Origin: Nannocystales bacterium
GTDB taxonomy: Bacteria; Myxococcota_A; Polyangia; Nannocystales; Nannocystaceae
Reading direction: 5' to 3'
Assembly (NCBI GenBank): GCA_050633305.1
Contig: JBOEGF010000007.1
Span: 32,001 to 96,000, forward strand
DNA: 64,000 bases
The notes under the pieces are model-generated. The model searched no databases, was not told the origin of the DNA, and saw nothing but the letters and a program-made list of their open reading frames with translations. The position numbers were made by a program, and so were the translations under genes. Shown in pieces: positions 1 to 10,441 of this stretch. Position 1 is the first letter of the stretch, and the number at the start of each line of letters is the position of its first letter.

Positions 1-533
1 AAGCCGAAGACGTGCCGGTCTTGCACGGTCGAATATCGATGCCGGAAGTCTCGGTAGGCGAGCTGTCCCCACGCGAAGCAGGCGTTCGCCACCTGCATCA
101 GGAGAACGCCGGCCAGGACGCCCGACCACGAGACACCGCGATACTGAATCACGGCCGCACCGACAACCGCCAGTCCTGCCAGTGCCATCGGAGTCCACGG
201 GGCTCGCCGGGCACGCAGGGCATCGAGTCCTACGACGTACAGCGGGGTGAAGATCGTCAGCAAGGCGACGTGGTGACCTTCGAGGTACTGGAATGCGTAC
301 AGATACGTGCTGTAGGCGAGTCCGTACTGGATACCGCCGATGAGCAAGAGTTGCCCGATGTCCTTCGTTTCCAGACCTCGCAGCCGCAGGAACGGGAGGA
401 AGACGGGGAGGGTGAGGGCGAGTCGAGCGAAGCCGACGAAGGCGGGATGGACACCGCCGAGGTGGCCCTTGATCAAGCCAAACGAGAACGACCAGAGCAG
501 CGATGCCAGCAAGAGCTGGGCGATGCCCGTCAT
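1..533 (-). CDS. EamA/DMT family transporter (YigM/MadN-like); 3' end runs off the window
   Basis: Not in ORF track. Manual translation MTGIAQLLLASLLWSFSFGLIKGHLGGVHPAFVGFARLAL...GGIQYGLAYSTYLYAFQYL. ATG overlaps the upstream TGA (ATGA). Confidence 0.85.
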   Translation of the reverse strand, partial: MTGIAQLLLASLLWSFSFGLIKGHLGGVHPAFVGFARLALTLPVFLPFLRLRGLETKDIGQLLLIGGIQYGLAYSTYLYAFQYLEGHHVALLTIFTPLYVVGLDALRARRAPWTPMALAGLAVVGAAVIQYRGVSWSGVLAGVLLMQVANACFAWGQLAYRDFRHRYSTVQDRHVFG

Positions 534-1297
534 ACGCGAAGAACCTTCGCAAGCGCGGCTGTGAATGCGGGGGTCGTTCCGCAGCAACCCCCGACGTAGG
601 CCAGCTCGAACTCGCTCCGACAGCGCTCGATCGCGTCGACCACCTCCGCTTCGCTGGCACCAGAGGCGTCGAAGCCCTCCGCGATTGTCCGGGCGAGGCT
701 GGGGCGTACCGCGAGGACAGGGTTGTGCGAAGCGAGGTTGTGCAGCGCGGGCAGGAGACCCCCATGCTCGGTGCAACCCACGAACACCACATCGGCCGCC
801 AGCGGGACCTGCAGTGCGTCCCCGCCGAGGCTCTTTCCGTCTACGCCGCAAGCAAGTGCGACCCATACGGGGAGGCCGAACGGGCGCAGGGCGTCTACGG
901 CGAGGTGTGCCCCGGCCACGGATGTTTGGGTCTCAGCAAACAATGCCGCCGCGCCTCCGGCCTTCAGGGCCTGTCCAAGGGCTGTGTAGTGCTCGCGTTG
1001 CTCGTCGAGACTGAGCGACGGATCCGCCGGGCCCAGGCAACCAACACACGGGAGCTCGGGCGCGGCATGTCGCGCCAGCTCGACTGCAGTGGTGGCCAGT
1101 GCAGCGTGTTGGGCATCCAGACCGAAACTCGCGCTCACGAGAAGTTCGGCCCCAGCCGCGGCATAGGCAGCGTGAATGGCAACGACGAGCGCTGGCGAAT
1201 CTTCGATCGCGCGAGCGCCCCACAGCGGGGCGCGGAGTTCAAACCCTCGCTGGGCGAGCTGGGTGCCCATGGCACCGTCGAGGAGCTTGGTCAGCAC
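530..1297 (-). CDS. Homocysteine S-methyltransferase family protein
   Basis: LLDGAMGTQL N-terminal motif, AGAELL, C-terminal GGCCG Zn ligands. GTG start at 1297 overlaps the upstream stop. Confidence 0.85.
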   Translation of the reverse strand: MLTKLLDGAMGTQLAQRGFELRAPLWGARAIEDSPALVVAIHAAYAAAGAELLVSASFGLDAQHAALATTAVELARHAAPELPCVGCLGPADPSLSLDEQREHYTALGQALKAGGAAALFAETQTSVAGAHLAVDALRPFGLPVWVALACGVDGKSLGGDALQVPLAADVVFVGCTEHGGLLPALHNLASHNPVLAVRPSLARTIAEGFDASGASEAEVVDAIERCRSEFELAYVGGCCGTTPAFTAALAKVLRV

Positions 1298-1869
1298 GCG
1301 TCGCAAGAGTCTTGGCAGCAGTCCGGCATCAGGCAGTACGTCGGGTCGCCTTCTTCCGCGATGAGGGGGAAGTTGCGACAACCGTACTGGTCGCGGCTGC
1401 ATTGCGAGTCGGACGTGCACTGCGGCGCGCAGACCTCGAACAGCGGTGCCTGGCCGATGCAGTCAACGCCACCGGCGGGGTCGCACTGAGCGTCGTTGAG
1501 CGAGTACTTGCTTCCCTCGGGCAGCGTGCAGGTCTTGCTGCAGTAGCCGCCGGGAAGCTCGAAGATGACAGCCTCGGTCAGACACACGCCGCCCTCACCC
1601 AGCAACGCAACACACTCGCTGTCTTCGGTGCACGGCGCACCCCAGGTGACTTGCAGGTCGTCCTCGCCGCCACTGCTGCCGTCGGCCATGGTCGTCGGGT
1701 CCGAAGTCGCCGGCTGGTCCGTGGTGGTCGGCGTGTCGCTCGTCGACGCCGCCGTGTTGCTCTCGCTGCTGGCGGTCTCTTCGCCGGCCGAATCATCCTC
1801 GTCCGAGGGGCAGCCCGCGACGAGGGGCAGGGCCAGACAAACCGCGGAGATCCAAGCGAGACTCTTCAT
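1291..1869 (-). CDS. Cys-rich lipoprotein with Ser/Thr/Asp-rich linker
   Basis: MKSLAWISAVCLALPLVAG-C lipobox, acidic S/T linker, many Cys (GAPCTEDSEC, PGGYCSKTC). Confidence 0.75.
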   Translation of the reverse strand: MKSLAWISAVCLALPLVAGCPSDEDDSAGEETASSESNTAASTSDTPTTTDQPATSDPTTMADGSSGGEDDLQVTWGAPCTEDSECVALLGEGGVCLTEAVIFELPGGYCSKTCTLPEGSKYSLNDAQCDPAGGVDCIGQAPLFEVCAPQCTSDSQCSRDQYGCRNFPLIAEEGDPTYCLMPDCCQDSCDAC

Positions 1870-1930
1870 TTGCGAAACGGTAGGCGCGGCGCTCGATCGG
1901 GTCAAGCGCTCCACGCCTCCTCGCGGCGTT

Positions 1931-3142
<1,212 letters not shown>

Positions 3143-3198
3143 GATGATCGGGTATCACGCCCGAACCCTCGCTTCACGGATGACAACTCACGTCCGGC

Positions 3199-5034
3199 TC
3201 ACATGCGCTTGGGCGAAGGGATGCCCAGTTGCCACAGGCCCCACCGCAACGCTTCGTTGGCCGCGGTGACCAGCAGCAGGCGGCCTTGTAAACGCGCGCC
3301 ATCTTGGTCGATCACCTTGCACTGTTTGCTGGTGGAGAACCGGTTCACGGCTTTGGCAAGGCTGTGCAGGTAGGTACACAACAGCGAAGGCTTGAGGTGG
3401 CTCGCGGCATTGAAGACCGCGAGCCGAAGGCCGTCGAGTGCGCCGATCAGGTCTCGTTCCTCGGACTGAACGAGTTCGGCCCCCGCGGCACGAAGCGCGG
3501 CCGGGTCGTCCAGGATCGCCTCGTCGAGGTGCTTGCCTCCGTCGTTCGCCTTGCGAAGGATCGAGCCAAGTCGAGCCGCGGAATACTGAATGTACGGCCC
3601 CGTGTTGCCCTCGAGGTTCATCCACGCTTCGAGGTCGAAGACGATCTTCTGGTTCACGTCGCGGTTGAGCATCCCGTACTTGATGGCGCCCAACGCCAGG
3701 GCATGCGCGGTCTCATCGATCTCCTCGTCGCTCCACTCGCCGCGGTACTTGTCGAGATACGCCTCCTGGAGGTGACCCAACATGCGCTCTCGTAGCGCGC
3801 GGAACAAGATGACGGTGCCTTTGCGGGTCGACATGGCGCCTTCGGGGAGCTCGACCATCTCGTATGGCACGTGATGGCACTTGTCGGCCTGCTCGAAGCC
3901 CATCTTCTTGAGGGTCAAGAAGACGTGCTTGAAGTGGTCGCTCTGCCGCATGTCGACGACGTAGATCGAGCGGTCGATCGCAAAGTCCTTGAACTTCAGG
4001 TTGGCCAGCGCCAGGTCTTTGGTCGAGTACAGGCTCGTGCCGTCGCCCTTGCGGAGCATGAAGAACGGCATGTGCTTGATCTCCTCGTTGAAGATGCCAA
4101 CCGCGCCTTCACTCTCCACGAACACGCCCTTGTCCAGGTAGTCCGCGACGAGCTTGAGCCCAGGCTCATCGACCTCGCTCTCGTAGAAGACGCGGTCGAA
4201 GACGACCTTGGACCAATCGTAGATCTCGTCGAACTCTTCGAGCGACCACTGCCGAGTCTTCTCCCACACCGCGATCAGTTCGGGATCGCGGGACTCGAGC
4301 TTGAGCAGGATGTCGGTGGTGCGAGCCTTGGCAGCATCGAGCTTGGCCTGCGCGTCGGAGTCGCCGGCTTTTGCAGCGGCCTCCCAATCCACGAGTTGGT
4401 TGTTGGCTTTGGCGTACAGCGAGCCGAGCCACTCGCCCTTGGCCTCAGCGGGCGGCTGCTGCTCGTGCTCGGTCAGCACGTCGAGGTACCACCACAGGCA
4501 CTTCGCGATGTGGGCTCCTACATCGCCCAGATAGTTTGCCGCGACGACTTCGTGGCCGTGCGCGCGCAGCAACCGGACGAGCGCGTCCCCCAAGGACACG
4601 TTACGCATGTGCCCCACGTGGAACGCCTTGTGGGTGTTGGGCTGGCTGTACTCCACCATCACCTTCTCATCCCGCGTGACGACCGGCTCGCCCAGACCAC
4701 GGGCAAGCGTCGGCAGAACCGCCGAGGCCATGGCGGCAGGATCCAAAGTGAGGTTGAGGAACGGCCCCGCGGCGACGGCCTGCGCGATGATGCCGTCGGT
4801 GGGGAGCACCCCCGCGAGCTCGGCTGCGATCTTGGGCGGCGGAGCGCCGTCGTACGCAGGTCGGAGCCGGAAACAACCGAACGCGAGGTCGCCCATTTTC
4901 TTGGCGCGAGGGGGCGCGAGCATGCCTGCGACGTCATCGAGGCTCAGGCCCGCTTCGCTCGGGAGTACGGGGTGGAGCACGGCGGCGACGGCCTGCGCGA
5001 GGGCGGAGGTGGACCGGCTGTGAGCTTCAGGCAT
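3199..5034 (-). CDS. argS: Arginine--tRNA ligase
   Basis: VEYSQPNTHKAFHVGHMRN (HIGH), YLGDVG, MSTRKG, GPYIQYS, DALR-type C-terminus. Confidence 0.97.
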   Translation of the reverse strand: MPEAHSRSTSALAQAVAAVLHPVLPSEAGLSLDDVAGMLAPPRAKKMGDLAFGCFRLRPAYDGAPPPKIAAELAGVLPTDGIIAQAVAAGPFLNLTLDPAAMASAVLPTLARGLGEPVVTRDEKVMVEYSQPNTHKAFHVGHMRNVSLGDALVRLLRAHGHEVVAANYLGDVGAHIAKCLWWYLDVLTEHEQQPPAEAKGEWLGSLYAKANNQLVDWEAAAKAGDSDAQAKLDAAKARTTDILLKLESRDPELIAVWEKTRQWSLEEFDEIYDWSKVVFDRVFYESEVDEPGLKLVADYLDKGVFVESEGAVGIFNEEIKHMPFFMLRKGDGTSLYSTKDLALANLKFKDFAIDRSIYVVDMRQSDHFKHVFLTLKKMGFEQADKCHHVPYEMVELPEGAMSTRKGTVILFRALRERMLGHLQEAYLDKYRGEWSDEEIDETAHALALGAIKYGMLNRDVNQKIVFDLEAWMNLEGNTGPYIQYSAARLGSILRKANDGGKHLDEAILDDPAALRAAGAELVQSEERDLIGALDGLRLAVFNAASHLKPSLLCTYLHSLAKAVNRFSTSKQCKVIDQDGARLQGRLLLVTAANEALRWGLWQLGIPSPKRM

Positions 5035-5078
5035 GAGCGGCCGCCGAGGGTATCAGCCTGTGCTACAACGATCTTGCG

Positions 5079-5213
5079 ATGTTGCAGGTGTGGGGAATCG
5101 TGTCGTTCGTGCTGCTCTGGCTGTTCATCGGCGGATCCGCGCTGGCGATGGCGGTGGCGATTCGCCGCCTGGAGCGAGGCGTCGCCGAACAGAAGGCGCG
5201 TCAGGGCCTCTAG
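5079..5213 (+). CDS. Small single-pass membrane protein (44 aa)
   Basis: Not in ORF track. MLQVWGIVSFVLLWLFIGGSALAMAVAIRRLERGVAEQKARQGL*; TG-C-TACAAC -10-like element 9 nt upstream. Confidence 0.55.
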   Translation: MLQVWGIVSFVLLWLFIGGSALAMAVAIRRLERGVAEQKARQGL

Positions 5214-5394
5214 CAGCCTGTGGTGCGCAAGACGCGACCCGGGGCCCGGCGGCACGCCTGGACGGTGGGCGCGTCGACGCGCCGAAGTGTGGTGAGCCGC
5301 AGGCAGTGTTGTTTCCATACAACGGTCGGTTGGCCTCCGAGCGACGCAACCGTCTGAAATCCCGATCGGAACGGCTCGTGCACTTCTCTGGGCC

Positions 5395-6312
5395 ATGCGT
5401 GCGTGGTGGCAAGTGTTGGTGGTGGCGGCGGTCGTGGTGCTCGTCCCCGTGGGGGCCCAGGCCGGAGACCGTCTGAACGCGGCGCGGAAAGAAGCAGGGG
5501 CGTCCTCGCCCAGCCGCACCAGTTCGGGTTCGAGCTGGGGAACGGACTCGGACTCGGGGTTCGATGACGATGACGACGACGATGACGGGCTGTTGTCGGC
5601 GATCGTTGGGCTCATCGTCGGAGCGAGCGAAGACGACGACGAACTCGACTGCTGCGCGAGCACGGACAGCGTCGTGGACGAACGTCGCGGCTTCCTTCCG
5701 TTCCCCTATGCGAACCGCCGTCCCGGGTACATGGTTCGCGCGGCTCCGGACGCAGAGGTCGACGAGGACACCCGACACGTCGCCCTGCGGTTCGGTGCGG
5801 AGGGTGCCTTCCTCTACGATGACGTCTGGCGGACCTCCGCCCAGCTGCGGGTGATGATGCCGCGTTTCTACGTCGAGGGACGCTATGACCTCATGCTCGA
5901 GGGTCCCACTGCGAGGTTGGACGGGGACGTCGAAGTGCAGGGGAAGGTTCGCGATCGGCTGCACTTCGCGACGTTCGAGCTCGGGCCACAGTTCTCGCCC
6001 GGGGAGCGGCTCGCCGTGCGCTTCGGTGTGGTGGGCAATGTCATGTTCGATGACCAGCGCTCTCTTCCCGCCGACCCCACAGTCACGCCCGGCCTCGGGG
6101 CGGCGGCGGCTTTCGACCTGTATCCGATTCGACCGCTGATCGTCTCAGGACGCGGAGCCATCATGCGGTTGGGCGATACGGTGTTCATGGAGGCCCGGGG
6201 AACCCTTGGCGTCGCGCTCAACCGCGTGGAGGTGTTCGCGGGCTACGACCACCGCAAGGTCGGCGATGTCGCGTTGGGTGGACCCGTCGTTGGCGCCGCG
6301 ATCCGGTTCTAG
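5395..6312 (+). CDS. Secreted hypothetical protein, probable outer-membrane beta-barrel
   Basis: Signal peptide (AQA), poly-Asp linker, alternating beta strands, C-terminal Phe (AAIRF). Confidence 0.7.
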   Translation: MRAWWQVLVVAAVVVLVPVGAQAGDRLNAARKEAGASSPSRTSSGSSWGTDSDSGFDDDDDDDDGLLSAIVGLIVGASEDDDELDCCASTDSVVDERRGFLPFPYANRRPGYMVRAAPDAEVDEDTRHVALRFGAEGAFLYDDVWRTSAQLRVMMPRFYVEGRYDLMLEGPTARLDGDVEVQGKVRDRLHFATFELGPQFSPGERLAVRFGVVGNVMFDDQRSLPADPTVTPGLGAAAAFDLYPIRPLIVSGRGAIMRLGDTVFMEARGTLGVALNRVEVFAGYDHRKVGDVALGGPVVGAAIRF

Positions 6313-6346
6313 CAGGAGCTGCTGCATCGCTGCACGAGCATGCGAT

Positions 6347-6940
6347 TCAGAGCCTGAGCGTCTCGAGTCCGTCGTCGTCGTCATCTTCGGTCAGGTGAAG
6401 GAGCCCGACGACGTCGCCGGCCTGCACGAGCACAGGGGTGTCGAAGATGGGGTCGCGGGCGGCCGCGTGCTGTGCCGCGATGAGGTCGATGAACCGGCGA
6501 AGGTCGTCTTCATCTTGGGCGCCCGCGGTGACGTAGGCGTGGCCACGACATGGAAGACCGACCACGAGCATGTCGCCTTCGAGGCGCGACTCGAGCTCGC
6601 GCATGAAGGCGGGGTCGAGCACAGACTCGCTCGCGTAGTACGAGCCGTGAACGTCCAGGACCGAGAGCGTGTCGTAGCTCAGCAGGGTGAGATCGAACGA
6701 GAGTGCGGTGAGACTCGCCCGTGCGGCGGCGCGGAGTTCGACAAGTCGTGCGGGATCATCGGCGAAGAAGTCGAACTGGTCACCTCTATCGATGCCATAC
6801 GCGGCGTAGGGAAGCTCGACAGATTCGCTCCACTTCGTTGTGTCTCCGATCAGAGGCTCGCACAGCGCGGAGTCTGCACCGGGCCAGTGAGGCGGCTGCA
6901 GGCTCGGCAGGATGCGGCCGGGCGCTGTGATCTCGGTCAT
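6347..6940 (-). CDS. Hypothetical protein, DUF1444/YtpQ-like fold suspected
   Basis: YYASESVLD...LVVGLPCRG pattern; acidic, coding-like composition. Confidence 0.6.
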   Translation of the reverse strand: MTEITAPGRILPSLQPPHWPGADSALCEPLIGDTTKWSESVELPYAAYGIDRGDQFDFFADDPARLVELRAAARASLTALSFDLTLLSYDTLSVLDVHGSYYASESVLDPAFMRELESRLEGDMLVVGLPCRGHAYVTAGAQDEDDLRRFIDLIAAQHAAARDPIFDTPVLVQAGDVVGLLHLTEDDDDDGLETLRL

Positions 6941-6994
6941 GACTTGGGACCGATAGCGTAGCAACGCTCACCGCGACGTGCCTACGCTGCGTCG

Positions 6995-8137
6995 GTGGAG
7001 CGGCGGGGACGGGGACGGGCGGGGGCGTGGCTTGCGTCGGTCGCAGCCCACGGACTGCTTGGGCTCGCACTGTTGTCGTTGCCGGAGCGCCCCGAGCCCA
7101 AGCCGTCGCCGCTGCCGGACGCGATCGAGTTGGTGTGGTTGGACGAGGTCTCGGGAGCCGCGCCGGGGTCGACGGCGGTGGAGGGGGGGCCAGGCTCCTC
7201 TTCCACCCCCTCGGAGGCGTTGGGACCCGCATCGGCGGAGCCGGCCTCGCCAAGTCCTGCGACGAAACCGCTGGCTCGCGGACCTCTGTCCGGGCCCTCG
7301 GAGTCGAAGTCGAAGTCGAAGTCGGAGTCGAATCCGGGCTCCGCGGGGCCGCCGGGATCCGATGGGCTCGCGCTTTCGGGGCTTCGGGGTTCGACGTCCT
7401 CGCGGAAGGCGGGCTCTGGCGGGGTCGTGGTGCCCCCAGCGGCGCTCGTCCAGCCGCTGCCGCCGCCCGCGGGACCCAAGACCCGAGCTGCTCCACTGGG
7501 GCCCGTTCCACTTCTTCCCGACGACACGGAGCCCCGCTCGCTGGAGGCCGCGGGGTTCCGCAAACGGAAGGACGGATCCTACAAATTCGGCGGCCTGAGC
7601 TCGCCATTCGTGGTCATCATTCGTCCGAACGGTGAGGTGCGTTTCCGGGACCGCCTGGCCGTCGTGAGCGGGATCGCAGTCCGCCCGAACCTGCTCCCCG
7701 CTCAGAAGTTGGCGGGCGAGGAGCAGTTTCGCGGGCTCAAGACCAAGATCCTGCGACAGACCGCGGAGCTGCGCATGCAGATGGCCCGGTCCTGGTCGAA
7801 GAAACAGATTCGGGCTCAGCTCGCCGCACTCTCCAGGCAGCTGAAGAGCACCTGGGAGAAGCCGAGTTGGACGCTCGAGCGTCGCCGCAAGCAACTCTTC
7901 TTGCTGTGGGATGAGTGCGATGAGCCGCCCGAGGACGAGCCGGGCGCGGGCAGCGTGGAGGACACGTTGGAGCACGCCCGGAGTGCGGCGGGCTCGAAAG
8001 CTCGCGCCATGATCGTTGGTTTCATCCGGGACGAACTCCCCGCCGGGTCCGAGGAAGCCTATCCCGCTGCGGAGCTGCGCGCCCTCAACGGCATTCGAGC
8101 CAGCCGGCAACGCTTTGCGCCGTACGGCGCTCAGTGA
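6995..8137 (+). CDS. Membrane-anchored hypothetical protein with Pro/Ser-rich linker
   Basis: TonB-like N-terminal anchor (SVAAHGLL), low-complexity linker, helical C-terminal domain (LFLLWDEC). Confidence 0.65.
   Translation: MERRGRGRAGAWLASVAAHGLLGLALLSLPERPEPKPSPLPDAIELVWLDEVSGAAPGSTAVEGGPGSSSTPSEALGPASAEPASPSPATKPLARGPLSGPSESKSKSKSESNPGSAGPPGSDGLALSGLRGSTSSRKAGSGGVVVPPAALVQPLPPPAGPKTRAAPLGPVPLLPDDTEPRSLEAAGFRKRKDGSYKFGGLSSPFVVIIRPNGEVRFRDRLAVVSGIAVRPNLLPAQKLAGEEQFRGLKTKILRQTAELRMQMARSWSKKQIRAQLAALSRQLKSTWEKPSWTLERRRKQLFLLWDECDEPPEDEPGAGSVEDTLEHARSAAGSKARAMIVGFIRDELPAGSEEAYPAAELRALNGIRASRQRFAPYGAQ
7301..7330 (+). repeat. 6-bp tandem repeat (RAGTCG x5) encoding ESKSKSKSES
   Basis: gagtcg aagtcg aagtcg aagtcg gagtcg. 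Confidence 0.8.
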
Positions 8138-8138
8138 G

Positions 8139-10304
8139 TCAGGCCGCGTCGAGCGTGATGTCGACCGACGTCGCGCCGCGAACCTTCACCTCGACCGTGG
8201 CCGGGGCGAACCCGGGAGCGCTGGCTTCGAGGGTGTAGCGGCCCGGTCGGCTGAGCAGTCGGTCGAACCGGCCGTCCCGGGCACGTGATGTCCACCGCTC
8301 TGCCGCCCGGAGCTGGATCTCCTTGACGTGAACGGTGGCCTCGACCGGGGTGCCTTCGGCCGTCCGCACGTGGCCGGAGATTCGGGGTCCACTGTGAACA
8401 CGGCTGAGCAACGTCCGCCACAGGGGACGGGTGGACTCGATCGCACGGGTCCGGACTTCGAGGGAGGGATTGTGATGCGAGCCCTCGACGATGTACGCGA
8501 CCGTGCCGAAGGTGTGCATCAGCCAGTCTTGGTCGCTGCCTGAGACGGGGTAGCCGTTCGCCCGAACTTTGATGAAGCGGCCATTGGGTTGCTCGAGGCC
8601 GGCCTCTTCCATCTGCTTGGCGATGACGAATGGAACGTTGGGCGTCGGTGTCTGCGTGTCGCCAACGGTGTAGGGGACGAAGATCGCGTTGCCAACGGTG
8701 TGAAATGAAATCGAAGCCGCGAAGTGCTGGCGGTCGCTCAGCGATGCCATCGCCCAGGACTCCGGCTCCGAGAAGGGGTGGGGGCCGCGGTAGTACTTGC
8801 TCCCGATCACGCCGCTACTGCCCGGCGTGGTGCCCCAGCCAAGGCCATAGTTTCGGTTGAGGTCGATGCCTTCGAAGGGGTCGTGGAACCCGTCGAGGTT
8901 GGTGTCTCGACCGTTCTTCCGGCTGGCGAAGCGGGACTCTTCGAGGAACATCCAGTTGCCGTCGGGGTTGACCATGGGCACGACCCAGATCTCCATGCCG
9001 TCGACCCAGCGGGTCACCTCGCGGTCGCGCCCGTAGTTTTCGAGAAGCTGAGCCGCCGCGTCGAGGGGGTACTCCACCGAGAGCAACTCGCTGGCGTGGT
9101 GCGACCCGTTGAATAGGACGCTGGGTTCGGACTCCTGTGCGCTGGGGTTGTCGGAGATTTTGAGCCCCCAGATCGGGCGGCCTTGGTGGCTGCGCCCGAG
9201 TTCCACGAGGGTGCTGATGTCGGCGTACTTCTCGTGGTAGCCCCGGAGAATCGCTTCGACCATGTCCGCGTTCTTGTAGCTGAGATCCAGCTTGAACCCC
9301 CGCCGGGTCGCGACGGGGCCCTTGGCGGCTTGGACTCGGTAGTCCGGATCGAAGGTCTTCCATGGGACGTTCGAGTCTGCGGTGAGGACGGGGACCCCCG
9401 CTCGCTTGATGCGTTCAAACCCGACGGTGTCGGTGAACACGACCGCCTGGCGGGTGCCGTCGTCTCCGGTGAGTCGCGCCTTCACGTTCCGGCGAAGCTC
9501 TCGCGGGAGATCGCGGACCGAAGCCTCCGGAACGAACACGAAGCGGGTGTTGCCGAACGGTGTCGTCCCGGGGTCCGCATCGAGGCCGTAGCGCTTCGGG
9601 GCTCCTTGGCGACCCGAGCCCTTGGCCTTCGGAGCGGGAACTCGTGTGTCCATGACGGAGAGCAGGCCAAACTGCATGGCCTCTGCTCGTTTGCCGGCGC
9701 GAAACCCGACGCGCCCGTCGGTGTAGGTGGTCTCGTGCACCGCGAGCGAGCCGAGTCGGTCGAGGGACTCGCCGTCGTACACCGTCGCGATGATCTGCGG
9801 ACCGACGAGGTAGACGATGACCTCGAGCGTGTGGGTCCGCTGGAGCCGAGGAATCTCGAGAGGGGGTCCCACGGGAAGGACGGTCCCCTTGTCCCACCGC
9901 ATGAGCCGGGCCCCATCGGTGTCGAATGCCAACTCGTAGCCCGACAGCTCGCGCAGGTCGCTCCCGGCTTGGGCCCGAAAAATGACCGACCCGTCGATGC
10001 GCTTCCCGGGGCGGAGTCGGGCGCGAACGAGGCCATCGGCGACGTCCCGCACCCCCTTGCGAACCAGCCAGAAGCGGTTCCCGGTGCCCTCTTCGGCGCC
10101 GAGGTCCAGCTGCCCATCCTGCTCGGTCCAGGGCCCCGTGAGGTCTGCGTCCCCGGCGGTCGGGGCCTGCTTGGGCAGGGCTCTTCCGTGCAAGACCTGC
10201 TCCCGGTCGGGGTCGAAGTCAGGGAACCCGGAGGCGGATGCGACGCCGACCCACAGCCAACAGATCACTGCGGTCAGGGCAGCGACAGATCGGAGAGCAC
10301 GCAT
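8139..10304 (-). CDS. Secreted M14 zinc carboxypeptidase with N-terminal beta-sandwich and C-terminal CarboxypepD_reg-like domain
   Basis: GSHHASE, NPDG, RKN, GIDLNRN, FSEPE, SFHT motifs; signal peptide. Confidence 0.9.
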   Translation of the reverse strand: MRALRSVAALTAVICWLWVGVASASGFPDFDPDREQVLHGRALPKQAPTAGDADLTGPWTEQDGQLDLGAEEGTGNRFWLVRKGVRDVADGLVRARLRPGKRIDGSVIFRAQAGSDLRELSGYELAFDTDGARLMRWDKGTVLPVGPPLEIPRLQRTHTLEVIVYLVGPQIIATVYDGESLDRLGSLAVHETTYTDGRVGFRAGKRAEAMQFGLLSVMDTRVPAPKAKGSGRQGAPKRYGLDADPGTTPFGNTRFVFVPEASVRDLPRELRRNVKARLTGDDGTRQAVVFTDTVGFERIKRAGVPVLTADSNVPWKTFDPDYRVQAAKGPVATRRGFKLDLSYKNADMVEAILRGYHEKYADISTLVELGRSHQGRPIWGLKISDNPSAQESEPSVLFNGSHHASELLSVEYPLDAAAQLLENYGRDREVTRWVDGMEIWVVPMVNPDGNWMFLEESRFASRKNGRDTNLDGFHDPFEGIDLNRNYGLGWGTTPGSSGVIGSKYYRGPHPFSEPESWAMASLSDRQHFAASISFHTVGNAIFVPYTVGDTQTPTPNVPFVIAKQMEEAGLEQPNGRFIKVRANGYPVSGSDQDWLMHTFGTVAYIVEGSHHNPSLEVRTRAIESTRPLWRTLLSRVHSGPRISGHVRTAEGTPVEATVHVKEIQLRAAERWTSRARDGRFDRLLSRPGRYTLEASAPGFAPATVEVKVRGATSVDITLDAA

Positions 10305-10441
10305 GACCCTGTGAGCATGACACGGATCAGCACGAACCCCCCGCGAACTCGCCACAACCGAAAGGGCGGAGGAGAGGACGTGCGCGCCTCCAACCCCCTA
10401 CGGCACGGCGAAGATCGGGCCAGGGGGTGAGACGCCTGGAC

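Noticed and set aside
12..599. 195-aa plus-strand ORF
   Set aside because: The opposite strand encodes a clear EamA transporter coupled to the upstream gene.
5035..5078. T-box or riboswitch upstream of argS
   Set aside because: Only 44 nt available and no T-box motif.
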